Assembly (NCBI GenBank): GCA_965235115.1
Contig: OZ249436.1
Location: forward strand, 24,368,001-24,432,000
Direction of reading: 5' to 3'
DNA: 64,000 nt
DNA from: Laetmonice hystrix
Lineage: Eukaryota
Shown: positions 10,701-26,500 of the stretch, in pieces
Layout: each line of letters starts with the position of its first letter
Numbering within the stretch: the first letter of the stretch is position 1
Notes under the pieces: generated by a model
What the model was told of the DNA's origin: nothing
The model's input: the letters and a program-made list of their open reading frames with translations, nothing else
Database searches by the model: none
Position numbers and translations under genes: made by a program

Positions 10701-13700
10701 TCCAGCACGTATAGGATGTTTCAAGTAACATTTATCCACGGTCTGGCCCAATAACGTGCAACAAGGCATAGTAAGTCAATGCGACCTCGCATGTCAAACC
10801 TAACCCGCCCCCCAGCACATGAGCTGGAGATATTCAAATAGCTTGAAAACTAGAATATAGCTTTGCTTAATACCATTATACCATCAACTCGCATTACAGG
10901 CCTAATGCGAAGCTCCCAGCCTAAAACGAGTTTCCAATTAATTTAAAGTTAACAAGATGCACTAATAATCGATTCCAAGCCTAATTAGGCCATTGCTAGT
11001 TGGATAACCAAATCTCATACAAAATACACCCTCCCGGCAGATGACCTGAGAATATTCAACTCTTATGTCCGATATATCCCTGTCCGCTTAGTAGCACCCA
11101 GCCGGGCCCCCATTTTGACATTGCAACACCAATACAGCAAGTGCCCAGCTAACAGCACAAATAACAGGATTCAGGGCTTCCTACCACGTTACAAGTCACA
11201 ATAGATTGCTGCCTGTCGTAAAAATATACCAGACCATTTTAAAAAGTCACAGAACCCCAATCCGGCCCTAATATGTCACTCCCAGTACCAATAGACGCTG
11301 GAAGCACCATCAACTGAAATTCAGGCCTAGAACCCACCTCTCTCTACCAATATCATGCACCTAGTCCGTATACGAGGTTGTAATTTACCTTAATCAACGG
11401 GCTGCGCCGCAGCAACCCACTCTGGTCTTTGCAATCTTTTTCAATATGCGTTAACATTTGTGACCAGCTCAACGCGCCTTGTAAAATTTTTCAAAGTGCG
11501 TAAAAGTGTGTGTCCACCCCGACACGCTTTCCAAACCACTATACCCACCGAGCGACATCCACTCAAATACAGGCTTCGACCGATCCTCACTGTGCCAATA
11601 ATCCGCCACAAGGCAAATTCAGTCAATGCAAGCTGGAAAATCGAATGTCAAACCTAATGCTCCCCCCCCCCAGCACGTTAACTGAAAATAATCAACTAGC
11701 TTGAAAACTAGAATATAGCTTTGTTAAGCTAACAATCTACTCTCCCAGCGCCATCAACTCGCATACAGGCGTAAAAGCAAACGCACTGCCCCATATAATG
11801 CTCCCAGCCTAAAACGATGTTGCAATTAATTTAAAATTAACAAGATGCACTAGTAATCCGATCCAAGCCTAATTACGTCATTGCTAGTTTCATAACCAAA
11901 TCTCACAGAAAATACCCCACCCGCGCACATAACCTGAAAATATTCAACTTTTATCTCCAATGTATCCCTGTGCACCTAGTAGCACCCAAGCGGGCCCAAT
12001 TTTGACATTCCAACACAAATACCGCAAATACCCGCCTAATGGCACAAAAAACTTTCTACCCCGTTGCAAGTCACATTAGCTTGCTGCTTGTCGTAAAAAA
12101 TGGTGCAGACCATTTCTAAAGTCACAGTACCCCACTCCCGGCCTAATATTACGTTTCAGTATCCATATACGCTGCAAGCGGCAGGAACTCGAATACAGGC
12201 CTAAAAGTAACCCCAGTCTAGCAATATCATACTCTCATGCCATATACAAGCTTGTAATTATCTTTAATTAATGGGCTCCGCAGCACCAACCCACTGCATT
12301 AACATTTGTTTAACAGCTTAACGCACCTTGTAAAAAATTTTCAAGTGCGTAAAAATGCGTGTCCACCTCCACATACTTTAAACATCACTATACCCACCCA
12401 GCGACATTCACTCTAATACACGCCTAAGAGGAACTTCACTGTCCCATTTCATTCTCCAGCACGTATAGGATGTTTCAAGTAACATTTATCCACGGTCTGG
12501 CCCAATAACGTGCAACAAGGCATAGTAAGTCAATGCGACCTCGCATGTCAAACCTAACCCGCCCCCCAGCACATGAGCTGGAGATATTCAAATAGCTTGA
12601 AAACTAGAATATAGCTTTGCTTAATACCATTATACCATCAACTCGCATTACAGGCCTAATGCGAAGCTCCCAGCCTAAAACGAGTTTCCAATTAATTTAA
12701 AGTTAACAAGATGCACTAATAATCGATTCCAAGCCTAATTAGGCCATTGCTAGTTGGATAACCAAATCTCATACAAAATACACCCTCCCGGCAGATGACC
12801 TGAGAATATTCAACTCTTATGTCCGATATATCCCTGTCCGCTTAGTAGCACCCAGCCGGGCCCCCATTTTGACATTGCAACACCAATACAGCAAGTGCCC
12901 AGCTAACAGCACAAATAACAGGATTCAGGGCTTCCTACCACGTTACAAGTCACAATAGATTGCTGCCTGTCGTAAAAATATACCAGACCATTTTAAAAAG
13001 TCACAGAACCCCAATCCGGCCCTAATATGTCACTCCCAGTACCAATAGACGCTGGAAGCACCATCAACTGAAATTCAGGCCTAGAACCCACCTCTCTCTA
13101 CCAATATCATGCACCTAGTCCGTATACGAGGTTGTAATTTACTTTAATCAACGGGCTGCGCCGCAGCAACCCACTCTGGTCTTTGCAATCTTTTTCAATA
13201 TGCGTTAACATTTGTGACCAGCTCAACGCGCCTTGTAAAATTTTTCAAAGTGCGTAAAAGTGTGTGTCCACCCCGACACGCTTTCCAAACCACTATACCC
13301 ACCGAGCGACATCCACTCAAATACAGGCTTCGACCGATCCTCACTGTGCCAATAATCCGCCACAAGGCAAATTCAGTCAATGCAAGCTGGAAAATCGAAT
13401 GTCAAACCTAATGCTCCCCCCCCCAGCACGTTAACTGAAAAAAATCAACTAGCTTGAAAACTAGAATATAGCTTTGTTTAGCTAACAATCTACTCTCCCA
13501 GCGCCATCAACTCGCATACAGGCGTAAAAGCAAACGCACTGCCCCATATAATGCTCCCAGCCTAAGACGATGTTGCAATTAATTTAAGATTAACAAGATG
13601 CACTAGTAATCCGATCCAAGCCTAATTACGTCATTGCTAGTTTCATAACCAAATCTCACAGAAAATACCCCACCCGCGCACATAACCTGAAAATATTTAA

Positions 13701-16700
13701 CTTTTATCTCCAATGTATCCCTGTGCACCTAGTAGCACACAAGCGGGCCCAATTTTGACATCCCAACACAAATACCGCAAATACCCGCCTAATGGCACAA
13801 AAAACTTTCTACCCCGTTGCAAGTCACATTAGCGTGCTGCTTGTCGTAAAAAATGGTGCAGACCATTTCTAAAGTCACAGTACCCCACTCCCGGCCTAAT
13901 ATTACGTTTCAGTATCCATATACGCTGCAAGCGGCAGGAACTCGAATACAGGCCTAAAAGTAACCTCAGTCTAGCAATATCATACTCCCATGCCATATAC
14001 GAGCTTGTAATTATCTTTAATTAATGGGCTCCGCAGCACCAACCCACTGCATTAACATTTGTTTAACAGCTTAACGCACCTTGTAAAATTTTTTCAAGTG
14101 CGTAAAAATGCGTGTCCACCTCCACATACTTTAAAAATCACTATACCCACCCAGCGACATCCACTCTAATACACGCCTAAAAGGAACTTCACTGTCCCAT
14201 TTGATTCTCCAGCACGTATAGGATGTTTCAAGTAACATTCATCCACGGTCTGGCCCAATAACGTGCAGCAAGGCATAGTAAGTCAATGCGAGCTCGCATG
14301 TCAAACCTAACCCGCCCCCAAGCACATGAGCTGAAAATATTCAAATAGCTTGAAAACTAGAATATAGCTTTGCTTAATACCATTATACCATCAACTCGCA
14401 TTACAGGCCTAATGCGAAGCTCCCAGCCTAAAACGAGTTTCCAATTAATTTAAAGTTAACAAGATGCACTAATAATCGATTCCAAGCCTAATTAGGCCAT
14501 TGCTAGTTGGATAACCAAATCTCATACAAAATACACCCTCCCGGCAGATGACCTGAGAATATTCAACTCTTATGTCCGATATATCCCTGTCCGCTTAGTA
14601 GCACCCAGCCGGGCCCCCATTTTGACATTGCAACACCAATACAGCAAGTGCCCAGCTAACAGCACAAATAACAGGATTCAGGGCTTCCTACCACGTTACA
14701 AGTCACAATAGATTGCTGCCTGTCGTAAAAATATACCAGACCATTTTAAAAAGTCACAGAACCCCAATCCGGCCCTAATATGTCACTCCCAGTACCAATA
14801 CACGCTGGAAGCACCATCAACTGAAATTCAGGCCTAGAACCCACCTCTCTCTACCAATATCATGCACCTAGTCCGTATACGAGGTTGTAATTTACTTTAA
14901 TCAACGGGCTGCGCCGCAGCAACCCACTCTGGTCTTTGCAATCTTTTTCAATATGCGTTAACATTTGTGACCAGCTCAACGCGCCTTGTAAAATTTTTCG
15001 AAGTGCGTAAAAGTGTGTGTCCACCCCGACACGCTTTCCAAACCACTATACCCACCGAGCGACATCCACTCAAATACAGGCTTCGACCGATCCTCACTGT
15101 GCCAATAATCCGCCACAAGGCAAATTCAGTCAATGCAAGCTGGAAAATCGAATGTCAAACCTAATGCTCCCCCCCCAGCACGTTAACTGAAAAAAATCAA
15201 CTAGCTTGAAAACTAGAATATAGCTTTGTTTAGCTAACAATCTACTCTCCCAGCGCCATCAACTCGCATACAGGCGTAAAAGCAAACGCACTGCCCCATA
15301 TAATGCTCCCAGCCTAAGACGATGTTGCAATTAATTTAAGATTAACAAGATGCACTAGTAATCCGATCCAAGCCTAATTACGTCATTGCTAGTTTCATAA
15401 CCAAATCTCACAGAAAATACCCCACCCGCGCACATAACCTGAAAATATTCAACTTTTATCTCCAATGTATCCCTGTGCACCTAGTAGCACCCAAGCGGGC
15501 CCAATTTTGACATTCCAACACAAATACCGCAAATACCCGCCTAATGGCACAAAAAAACTTTCTACCCCGTTGCAAGTCACATTAGCTTGCTGCTTGTCGT
15601 AAAAAATGGTGCAGACCATTTCTAAAGTCACAGTACCCCACTCCCGGCCTAATATTACGTTTCAGTATCCATATACGCTGCAAGCGGCAAGAACTCGAAT
15701 ACAGGCCTAAAAGTAACCCCAGTCTAGCAATATCATACTCTCATGCCATATACGAGCTTGTAATTATCTTTAATTAATGGGCTCCGCAGCACCAACCCAC
15801 TGCATTAACATTTGTTTAACAGCTTGACGCACCTTGTAAAAAATTTTCAAGTGCGTAAAAATGCGTGTCCACCTCCACATACTTTAAAAATCACTATACC
15901 CACCCAGCGACATTCACTCTAATACACGCCTAAGAGGAACTTCACTGTCCCATTTGATTCTCCAGCACGTATAGGATGTTTCAAGTAACATTCATCCACG
16001 GTCTGGCCCAATAACGTGCAACAAGGCATAGTAAGTCAATGCGAGCTCGCATGTCAAACCTAACCCGCCCCCCAGCACATGAGCTGAAAATATTCAAATA
16101 GCTTGAAAACTAGAATATAGCTTTGCTTAATACCATTATACCATCAACTCGCATTACAGGCCTAATGCGAAGCTCCCAGCCTAAAACGAGTTTCCAATTA
16201 ATTTAAAGTTAACAAGATGCACTAATAATCGATTCCAAGCCTAATTAGGCCATTGCTAGTTGGATAACCAAATCTCATACAAAATACACCCTCCCGGCAG
16301 ATGACCTGAGAATATTCAACTCTTATGTCCGATATATCCCTGTCCGCTTTGTAGCACCCAGCCGGGCCCCCATTTTGACATTGCAACACCAATACAGCAA
16401 GTGCCCAGCTAACAGCACAAATAACAGGATTCAGGGCTTCCTACCACGTTACAAGTCACAATAGATTGCTGCCTGTCGTAAAAATATACCAGACCATTTT
16501 AAAAAGTCACAGAACCCCAATCCGGCCCTAATATGTCACTCCCAGTACCAATACACTCTGGAAGCACCATCAACTGAAATTCAGGCCTAGAACCCACCTC
16601 TCTCTACCAATATCATGCACCTAGTCCGTATACGAGGTTGTAATTTACTTTAATCAACGGGCTGCGCCGCAGCAACCCACTCTGGTCTTTGCAATCTTTT

Positions 16701-17535
16701 TCAATATGCGTTAACATTTGTAACCAGCTCAACGCGCCTTGTAAAATTTTTCAAAGTGCGTAAAAGTGTGTGTCCACCCCGACACGCTTTCCAAACCACT
16801 ATACCCACCGAGCGACATCCACTCAAATACAGGCTTCGACCGATCCTCACTGTGCCAATAATCCGCCACAAGGCAAATTCAGTCAATGCAAGCTGGAAAA
16901 TCGAATGTCAAACCTAATACTCCCCCCCCCAGCACGTTAACTGAAAATAATCAACTAGCTTGAAAACTAGAATATAGCTTTGTTTAGCTAACAATCTACT
17001 CTCCCAGCGCCATCAACTCGCATACAGGCGTAAAAGCAAACGCACTGCCCCATATAATGCTCCCAGCCTAAAACGATGTTGCAATTAATTTAAAATTAAC
17101 AAGATGCACTAGTAATCCGATCCAAGCTTAATTACGTCATTGCTAGTTTCATAACCAAATCTCACAGAAAATACCCCACCCGCGCACATAACCTGAAAAT
17201 ATTCAACTTTTATCTCCAATGTATCCCTGTGCACCTAGTAGCACCCAAGCGGGCCCAATTTTGACATCCCAACACAAATACCGCAAATACCCGCCTAATG
17301 GCACAAAAAACTTTCTACCCCGTTGCAAGTCACATTAGCGTGCTGCTTGTCGTAAAAAATGGTGCAGACCATTTCTAAAGTCACAGTACCCCACTCCCGG
17401 CCTAATATTACGTTTCAGTATCCATATACGCTGCAAGCGGCAGGAACTCGAATACAGGCCTAAAAGTAACCTCAGTCTAGCAATATCATACTCCCATGCC
17501 ATATACGAGCTTGTAATTATCTTTAATTAATGGGC

Positions 17536-20500
17536 TCCGCAGCACCAACCCACTGCATTAACATTTGTTTAACAGCTTAACACACCTTGTAAAATTTTTT
17601 CAAGTGCGTAAAAATGCGTGTCCACCTCCACATACTTTAAAAATCACTATACCCACCCAGCGACATCCACTCTAATACACGCCTAAAAGGAACTTCACTG
17701 TCCCATTTGATTCTCCAGCACGTATAGGATGTTTCAAGTAACATTCATCCACGGTCTGGCCCAATAACGTGCAACAAGGCATAGTAAGTCAATGCGAGCT
17801 CGCATGTCAAACCTAACCCGCCCCCAAGCACATGAGCTGAAAATATTCAAATAGCTTGAAAACTAGAATATAGCTTTGCTTAATACCATTATACCATCAA
17901 CTCGCATTACAGGCCTAATGCGAAGCTCCCAGCCTAAAACGAGTTTCCAATTAATTTAAAGTTAACAAGATGCACTAATAATCGATTCCAAGCCTAATTA
18001 GGCCATTGCTAGTTGGATAACCAAATCTCATACAAAATACACCCTCCCGGCAGATGACCTGAGAATATTCAACTCTTATGTCCGATATATCCCTGTCCGC
18101 TTAGTAGCACCCAGCCGGGCCCCCATTTTGACATTGCAACACCAATACAGCAAGTGCCCAGCTAACAGCACAAATAACAGGATTCAGGGCTTCCTACCAC
18201 GTTACAAGTCACAATAGATTGCTGCCTGTCGTAAAAATATACCAGACCATTTTAAAAAGTCACAGAACCCCAATCCGGCCCTAATATGTCACTCCCAGTA
18301 CCAATAGACGCTGGAAGCACCATCAACTGAAATTCAGGCCTAGAACCCACCTCTCTCTACCAATATCATGCACCTAGTCCGTATACGAGGTTGTAATTTA
18401 CCTTAATCAACGGGCTGCGCCGCAGCAACCCACTCTGGTCTTTGCAATCTTTTTCAATATGCGTTAACATTTGTGACCAGCTCAACGCGCCTTGTAAAAT
18501 TTTTCAAAGTGCGTAAAAGTGTGTGTCCACCCCGACACGCTTTCCAAACCACTATACCCACCGAGCGACATCCACTCAAATACAGGCTTCGACCGATCCT
18601 CACTGTGCCAATAATCCGCCACAAGGCAAATTCAGTCAATGCAAGCTGGAAAATCGAATGTCAAACCTAATGCTCCCCCCCCCAGCACGTTAACTGAAAA
18701 TAATCAACTAGCTTGAAAACTAGAATATAGCTTTGTTAAGCTAACAATCTACTCTCCCAGCGCCATCAACTCGCATACAGGCGTAAAAGCAAACGCACTG
18801 CCCCATATAATGCTCCCAGCCTAAAACGATGTTGCAATTAATTTAAAATTAACAAGATGCACTAGTAATCCGATCCAAGCCTAATTACGTCATTGCTAGT
18901 TTCATAACCAAATCTCACAGAAAATACCCCACCCGCGCACATAACCTGAAAATATTCAACTTTTATCTCCAATGTATCCCTGTGCCCCTAGTAGCACCCA
19001 AGCGGGCCCAATTTTGACATTCCAACACAAATACCGCAAATACCCGCCTAATGGCACAAAAAACTTTCTACCCCGTTGCAAGTCACATTAGCTTGCTGCT
19101 TGTCGTAAAAAATGGTGCAGACCATTTCTAAAGTCACAGTACCCCACTCCCGGCCTAATATTACGTTTCAGTATCCATATACGCTGCAAGCGGCAGGAAC
19201 TCGAATACAGGCCTAAAAGTAACCCCAGTCTAGCAATATCATACTCTCATGCCATATACAAGCTTGTAATTATCTTTAATTAATGGGCTCCGCAGCACCA
19301 ACCCACTGCATTAACATTTGTTTAACAGCTTAACGCACCTTGTAAAAAATTTTCAAGTGCGTAAAAATGCGTGTCCACCTCCACATACTTTAAACATCAC
19401 TATACCCACCCAGCGACATTCACTCTAATACACGCCTAAGAGGAACTTCACTGTCCCATTTGATTCTCCAGCACGTATAGGATGTTTCAAGTAACATTTA
19501 TCCACGGTCTGGCCCAATAACGTGCAACAAGGCATAGTAAGTCAATGCGACCTCGCATGTCAAACCTAACCCGCCCCCCAGCACATGAGCTGGAGATATT
19601 CAAATAGCTTGAAAACTAGAATATAGCTTTGCTTAATACCATTATACCATCAACTCGCATTACAGGCCTAATGCGAAGCTCCCAGCCTAAAACGAGTTTC
19701 CAATTAATTTAAAGTTAACAAGATGCACTAATAATCGATTCCAAGCCTAATTAGGCCATTGCTAGTTGGATAACCAAATCTCATACAAAATACACCCTCC
19801 CGGCAGATGACCTGAGAATATTCAACTCTTATGTCCGATATATCCCTGTCCGCTTAGTAGCACCCAGCCGGGCCCCCATTTTGACATTGCAACACCAATA
19901 CAGCAAGTGCCCAGCTAACAGCACAAATAACAGGATTCAGGGCTTCCTACCACGTTACAAGTCACAATAGATTGCTGCCTGTCGTAAAAATATACCAGAC
20001 CATTTTAAAAAGTCACAGAACCCCAATCCGGCCCTAATATGTCACTCCCAGTACCAATAGACGCTGGAAGCACCATCAACTGAAATTCAGGCCTAGAACC
20101 CACCTCTCTCTACCAATATCATGCACCTAGTCCGTATACGAGGTTGTAATTTACTTTAATCAACGGGCTGCGCCGCAGCAACCCACTCTGGTCTTTGCAA
20201 TCTTTTTCAATATGCGTTAACATTTGTGACCAGCTCAACGCGCCTTGTAAAATTTTTCAAAGTGCGTAAAAGTGTGTGTCCACCCCGACACGCTTTCCAA
20301 ACCACTATACCCACCGAGCGACATCCACTCAAATACAGGCTTCGACCGATCCTCACTGTGCCAATAATCCGCCACAAGGCAAATTCAGTCAATGCAAGCT
20401 GGAAAATCGAATGTCAAACCTAATGCTCCCCCCCCCCAGCACGTTAACTGAAAAAAATCAACTAGCTTGAAAACTAGAATATAGCTTTGTTTAGCTAACA

Positions 20501-23500
20501 ATCTACTCTCCCAGCGCCATCAACTCGCATACAGGCGTAAAAGCAAACGCACTGCCCCATATAATGCTCCCAGCCTAAGACGATGTTGCAATTAATTTAA
20601 GATTAACAAGATGCACTAGTAATCCGATCCAAGCCTAATTACGTCATTGCTAGTTTCATAACCAAATCTCACAGAAAATACCCCACCCGCGCACATAACC
20701 TGAAAATATTTAACTTTTATCTCCAATGTATCCCTGTGCACCTAGTAGCACACAAGCGGGCCCAATTTTGACATCCCAACACAAATACCGCAAATACCCG
20801 CCTAATGGCACAAAAAACTTTCTACCCCGTTGCAAGTCACATTAGCGTGCTGCTTGTCGTAAAAAATGGTGCAGACCATTTCTAAAGTCACAGTACCCCA
20901 CTCCCGGCCTAATATTACGTTTCAGTATCCATATACGCTGCAAGCGGCAGGAACTCGAATACAGGCCTAAAAGTAACCTCAGTCTAGCAATATCATACTC
21001 CCATGCCATATACGAGCTTGTAATTATCTTTAATTAATGGGCTCCGCAGCACCAACCCACTGCATTAACATTTGTTTAACAGCTTAACGCACCTTGTAAA
21101 ATTTTTTCAAGTGCGTAAAAATGCGTGTCCACCTCCACATACTTTAAAAATCACTATACCCACCCAGCGACATCCACTCTAATACACGCCTAAAAGGAAC
21201 TTCACTGTCCCATTTGATTCTCCAGCACGTATAGGATGTTTCAAGTAACATTCATCCACGGTCTGGCCCAATAACGTGCAGCAAGGCATAGTAAGTCAAT
21301 GCGAGCTCGCATGTCAAACCTAACCCGCCCCCAAGCACATGAGCTGAAAATATTCAAATAGCTTGAAAACTAGAATATAGCTTTGCTTAATACCATTATA
21401 CCATCAACTCGCATTACAGGCCTAATGCGAAGCTCCCAGCCTAAAACGAGTTTCCAATTAATTTAAAGTTAACAAGATGCACTAATAATCGATTCCAAGC
21501 CTAATTAGGCCATTGCTAGTTGGATAACCAAATCTCATACAAAATACACCCTCCCGGCAGATGACCTGAGAATATTCAACTCTTATGTCCGATATATCCC
21601 TGTCCGCTTAGTAGCACCCAGCCGGGCCCCCATTTTGACATTGCAACACCAATACAGCAAGTGCCCAGCTAACAGCACAAATAACAGGATTCAGGGCTTC
21701 CTACCACGTTACAAGTCACAATAGATTGCTGCCTGTCGTAAAAATATACCAGACCATTTTAAAAAGTCACAGAACCCCAATCCGGCCCTAATATGTCACT
21801 CCCAGTACCAATACACGCTGGAAGCACCATCAACTGAAATTCAGGCCTAGAACCCACCTCTCTCTACCAATATCATGCACCTAGTCCGTATACGAGGTTG
21901 TAATTTACTTTAATCAACGGGCTGCGCCGCAGCAACCCACTCTGGTCTTTGCAATCTTTTTCAATATGCGTTAACATTTGTGACCAGCTCAACGCGCCTT
22001 GTAAAATTTTTCGAAGTGCGTAAAAGTGTGTGTCCACCCCGACACGCTTTCCAAACCACTATACCCACCGAGCGACATCCACTCAAATACAGGCTTCGAC
22101 CGATCCTCACTGTGCCAATAATCCGCCACAAGGCAAATTCAGTCAATGCAAGCTGGAAAATCGAATGTCAAACCTAATGCTCCCCCCCCAGCACGTTAAC
22201 TGAAAAAAATCAACTAGCTTGAAAACTAGAATATAGCTTTGTTTAGCTAACAATCTACTCTCCCAGCGCCATCAACTCGCATACAGGCGTAAAAGCAAAC
22301 GCACTGCCCCATATAATGCTCCCAGCCTAAGACGATGTTGCAATTAATTTAAGATTAACAAGATGCACTAGTAATCCGATCCAAGCCTAATTACGTCATT
22401 GCTAGTTTCATAACCAAATCTCACAGAAAATACCCCACCCGCGCACATAACCTGAAAATATTCAACTTTTATCTCCAATGTATCCCTGTGCACCTAGTAG
22501 CACCCAAGCGGGCCCAATTTTGACATTCCAACACAAATACCGCAAATACCCGCCTAATGGCACAAAAAAACTTTCTACCCCGTTGCAAGTCACATTAGCT
22601 TGCTGCTTGTCGTAAAAAATGGTGCAGACCATTTCTAAAGTCACAGTACCCCACTCCCGGCCTAATATTACGTTTCAGTATCCATATACGCTGCAAGCGG
22701 CAAGAACTCGAATACAGGCCTAAAAGTAACCCCAGTCTAGCAATATCATACTCTCATGCCATATACGAGCTTGTAATTATCTTTAATTAATGGGCTCCGC
22801 AGCACCAACCCACTGCATTAACATTTGTTTAACAGCTTGACGCACCTTGTAAAAAATTTTCAAGTGCGTAAAAATGCGTGTCCACCTCCACATACTTTAA
22901 AAATCACTATACCCACCCAGCGACATTCACTCTAATACACGCCTAAGAGGAACTTCACTGTCCCATTTGATTCTCCAGCACGTATAGGATGTTTCAAGTA
23001 ACATTCATCCACGGTCTGGCCCAATAACGTGCAACAAGGCATAGTAAGTCAATGCGAGCTCGCATGTCAAACCTAACCCGCCCCCCAGCACATGAGCTGA
23101 AAATATTCAAATAGCTTGAAAACTAGAATATAGCTTTGCTTAATACCATTATACCATCAACTCGCATTACAGGCCTAATGCGAAGCTCCCAGCCTAAAAC
23201 GAGTTTCCAATTAATTTAAAGTTAACAAGATGCACTAATAATCGATTCCAAGCCTAATTAGGCCATTGCTAGTTGGATAACCAAATCTCATACAAAATAC
23301 ACCCTCCCGGCAGATGACCTGAGAATATTCAACTCTTATGTCCGATATATCCCTGTCCGCTTTGTAGCACCCAGCCGGGCCCCCATTTTGACATTGCAAC
23401 ACCAATACAGCAAGTGCCCAGCTAACAGCACAAATAACAGGATTCAGGGCTTCCTACCACGTTACAAGTCACAATAGATTGCTGCCTGTCGTAAAAATAT

Positions 23501-26500
23501 ACCAGACCATTTTAAAAAGTCACAGAACCCCAATCCGGCCCTAATATGTCACTCCCAGTACCAATACACTCTGGAAGCACCATCAACTGAAATTCAGGCC
23601 TAGAACCCACCTCTCTCTACCAATATCATGCACCTAGTCCGTATACGAGGTTGTAATTTACTTTAATCAACGGGCTGCGCCGCAGCAACCCACTCTGGTC
23701 TTTGCAATCTTTTTCAATATGCGTTAACATTTGTAACCAGCTCAACGCGCCTTGTAAAATTTTTCAAAGTGCGTAAAAGTGTGTGTCCACCCCGACACGC
23801 TTTCCAAACCACTATACCCACCGAGCGACATCCACTCAAATACAGGCTTCGACCGATCCTCACTGTGCCAATAATCCGCCACAAGGCAAATTCAGTCAAT
23901 GCAAGCTGGAAAATCGAATGTCAAACCTAATACTCCCCCCCCCAGCACGTTAACTGAAAATAATCAACTAGCTTGAAAACTAGAATATAGCTTTGTTTAG
24001 CTAACAATCTACTCTCCCAGCGCCATCAACTCGCATACAGGCGTAAAAGCAAACGCACTGCCCCATATAATGCTCCCAGCCTAAAACGATGTTGCAATTA
24101 ATTTAAAATTAACAAGATGCACTAGTAATCCGATCCAAGCTTAATTACGTCATTGCTAGTTTCATAACCAAATCTCACAGAAAATACCCCACCCGCGCAC
24201 ATAACCTGAAAATATTCAACTTTTATCTCCAATGTATCCCTGTGCACCTAGTAGCACCCAAGCGGGCCCAATTTTGACATCCCAACACAAATACCGCAAA
24301 TACCCGCCTAATGGCACAAAAAACTTTCTACCCCGTTGCAAGTCACATTAGCGTGCTGCTTGTCGTAAAAAATGGTGCAGACCATTTCTAAAGTCACAGT
24401 ACCCCACTCCCGGCCTAATATTACGTTTCAGTATCCATATACGCTGCAAGCGGCAGGAACTCGAATACAGGCCTAAAAGTAACCTCAGTCTAGCAATATC
24501 ATACTCCCATGCCATATACGAGCTTGTAATTATCTTTAATTAATGGGCTCCGCAGCACCAACCCACTGCATTAACATTTGTTTAACAGCTTAACACACCT
24601 TGTAAAATTTTTTCAAGTGCGTAAAAATGCGTGTCCACCTCCACATACTTTAAAAATCACTATACCCACCCAGCGACATCCACTCTAATACACGCCTAAA
24701 AGGAACTTCACTGTCCCATTTGATTCTCCAGCACGTATAGGATGTTTCAAGTAACATTCATCCACGGTCTGGCCCAATAACGTGCAACAAGGCATAGTAA
24801 GTCAATGCGAGCTCGCATGTCAAACCTAACCCGCCCCCAAGCACATGAGCTGAAAATATTCAAATAGCTTGAAAACTAGAATATAGCTTTGCTTAATACC
24901 ATTATACCATCAACTCGCATTACAGGCCTAATGCGAAGCTCCCAGCCTAAAACGAGTTTCCAATTAATTTAAAGTTAACAAGATGCACTAATAATCGATT
25001 CCAAGCCTAATTAGGCCATTGCTAGTTGGATAACCAAATCTCATACAAAATACACCCTCCCGGCAGATGACCTGAGAATATTCAACTCTTATGTCCGATA
25101 TATCCCTGTCCGCTTAGTAGCACCCAGCCGGGCCCCCATTTTGACATTGCAACACCAATACAGCAAGTGCCCAGCTAACAGCACAAATAACAGGATTCAG
25201 GGCTTCCTACCACGTTACAAGTCACAATAGATTGCTGCCTGTCGTAAAAATATACCAGACCATTTTAAAAAGTCACAGAACCCCAATCCGGCCCTAATAT
25301 GTCACTCCCAGTACCAATAGACGCTGGAAGCACCATCAACTGAAATTCAGGCCTAGAACCCACCTCTCTCTACCAATATCATGCACCTAGTCCGTATACG
25401 AGGTTGTAATTTCCTTTAATCAACGGGCTGCGCCGCAGCAACCCACTCTGGTCTTTGCAATCTTTTTCAATATGCGTTAACATTTGTGACCAGCTCAACG
25501 CGCCTTGTAAAATTTTTCAAAGTGCGTAAAAGTGTGTGTCCACCCCGACACGCTTTCCAAACCACTATACCCACCGAGCGACATCCACTCAAATACAGGC
25601 TTCGACCGATCCTCACTGTGCCAATAATCCGCCACAAGGCAAATTCAGTCAATGCAAGCTGGAAAATCGAATGTCAAACCTAATGCTCCCCCCCCAGCAC
25701 GTTAACTGAAAATAATCAACTAGCTTGAAAACTAGAATATAGCTTTGTTAAGCTAACAATCTACTCTCCCAGCGCCATCAACTCGCATACAGGCGTAAAA
25801 GCAAACGCACTGCCCCATATAATGCTCCCAGCCTAAAACGATGTTGCAATTAATTTAAAATTAACAAGATGCACTAGTAATCCGATCCAAGCCTAATTAC
25901 GTCATTGCTAGTTTCATAACCAAATCTCACAGAAAATACCCCACCCGCGCACATAACCTGAAAATATTCAACTTTTATCTCCAATGTATCCCTGTGCACC
26001 TAGTAGCACCCAAGCGGGCCCAATTTTGACATTCCAACACAAATACCGCAAATACCCGCCTAATGGCACAAAAAACTTTCTACCCCGTTGCAAGTCACAT
26101 TAGCTTGCTGCTTGTCGTAAAAAATGGTGCAGACCATTTCTAAAGTCACAGTACCCCACTCCCGGCCTAATATTACGTTTCAGTATCCATATACGCTGCA
26201 AGCGGCAGGAACTCGAATACAGGCCTAAAAGTAACCCCAGTCTAGCAATATCATACTCTCATGCCATATACGAGCTTGTAATTATCTTTAATTAATGGGC
26301 TCCGCAGCACCAACCCACTGCATTAACATTTGTTTAACAGCTTAACGCACCTTGTAAAAAATTTTCAAGTGCGTAAAAATGCGTGTCCACCTCCACATAC
26401 TTTAAACATCACTATACCCACCCAGCGACATTCACTCTAATACACGCCTAAGAGGAACTTCACTGTCCCATTTGATTCTCCAGCACGTATAGGATGTTTC

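Noticed and set aside
11510..11704. 64 aa ORF present in a few units
   Set aside because: It appears only when the poly-C tract length shifts the frame, so it is a by-product of homopolymer variation.
15449..15631. 60 aa minus-strand ORF in five units
   Set aside because: It is created by one extra A in an A-run. It is useful as a marker of R-type units but is not evidence of a gene.
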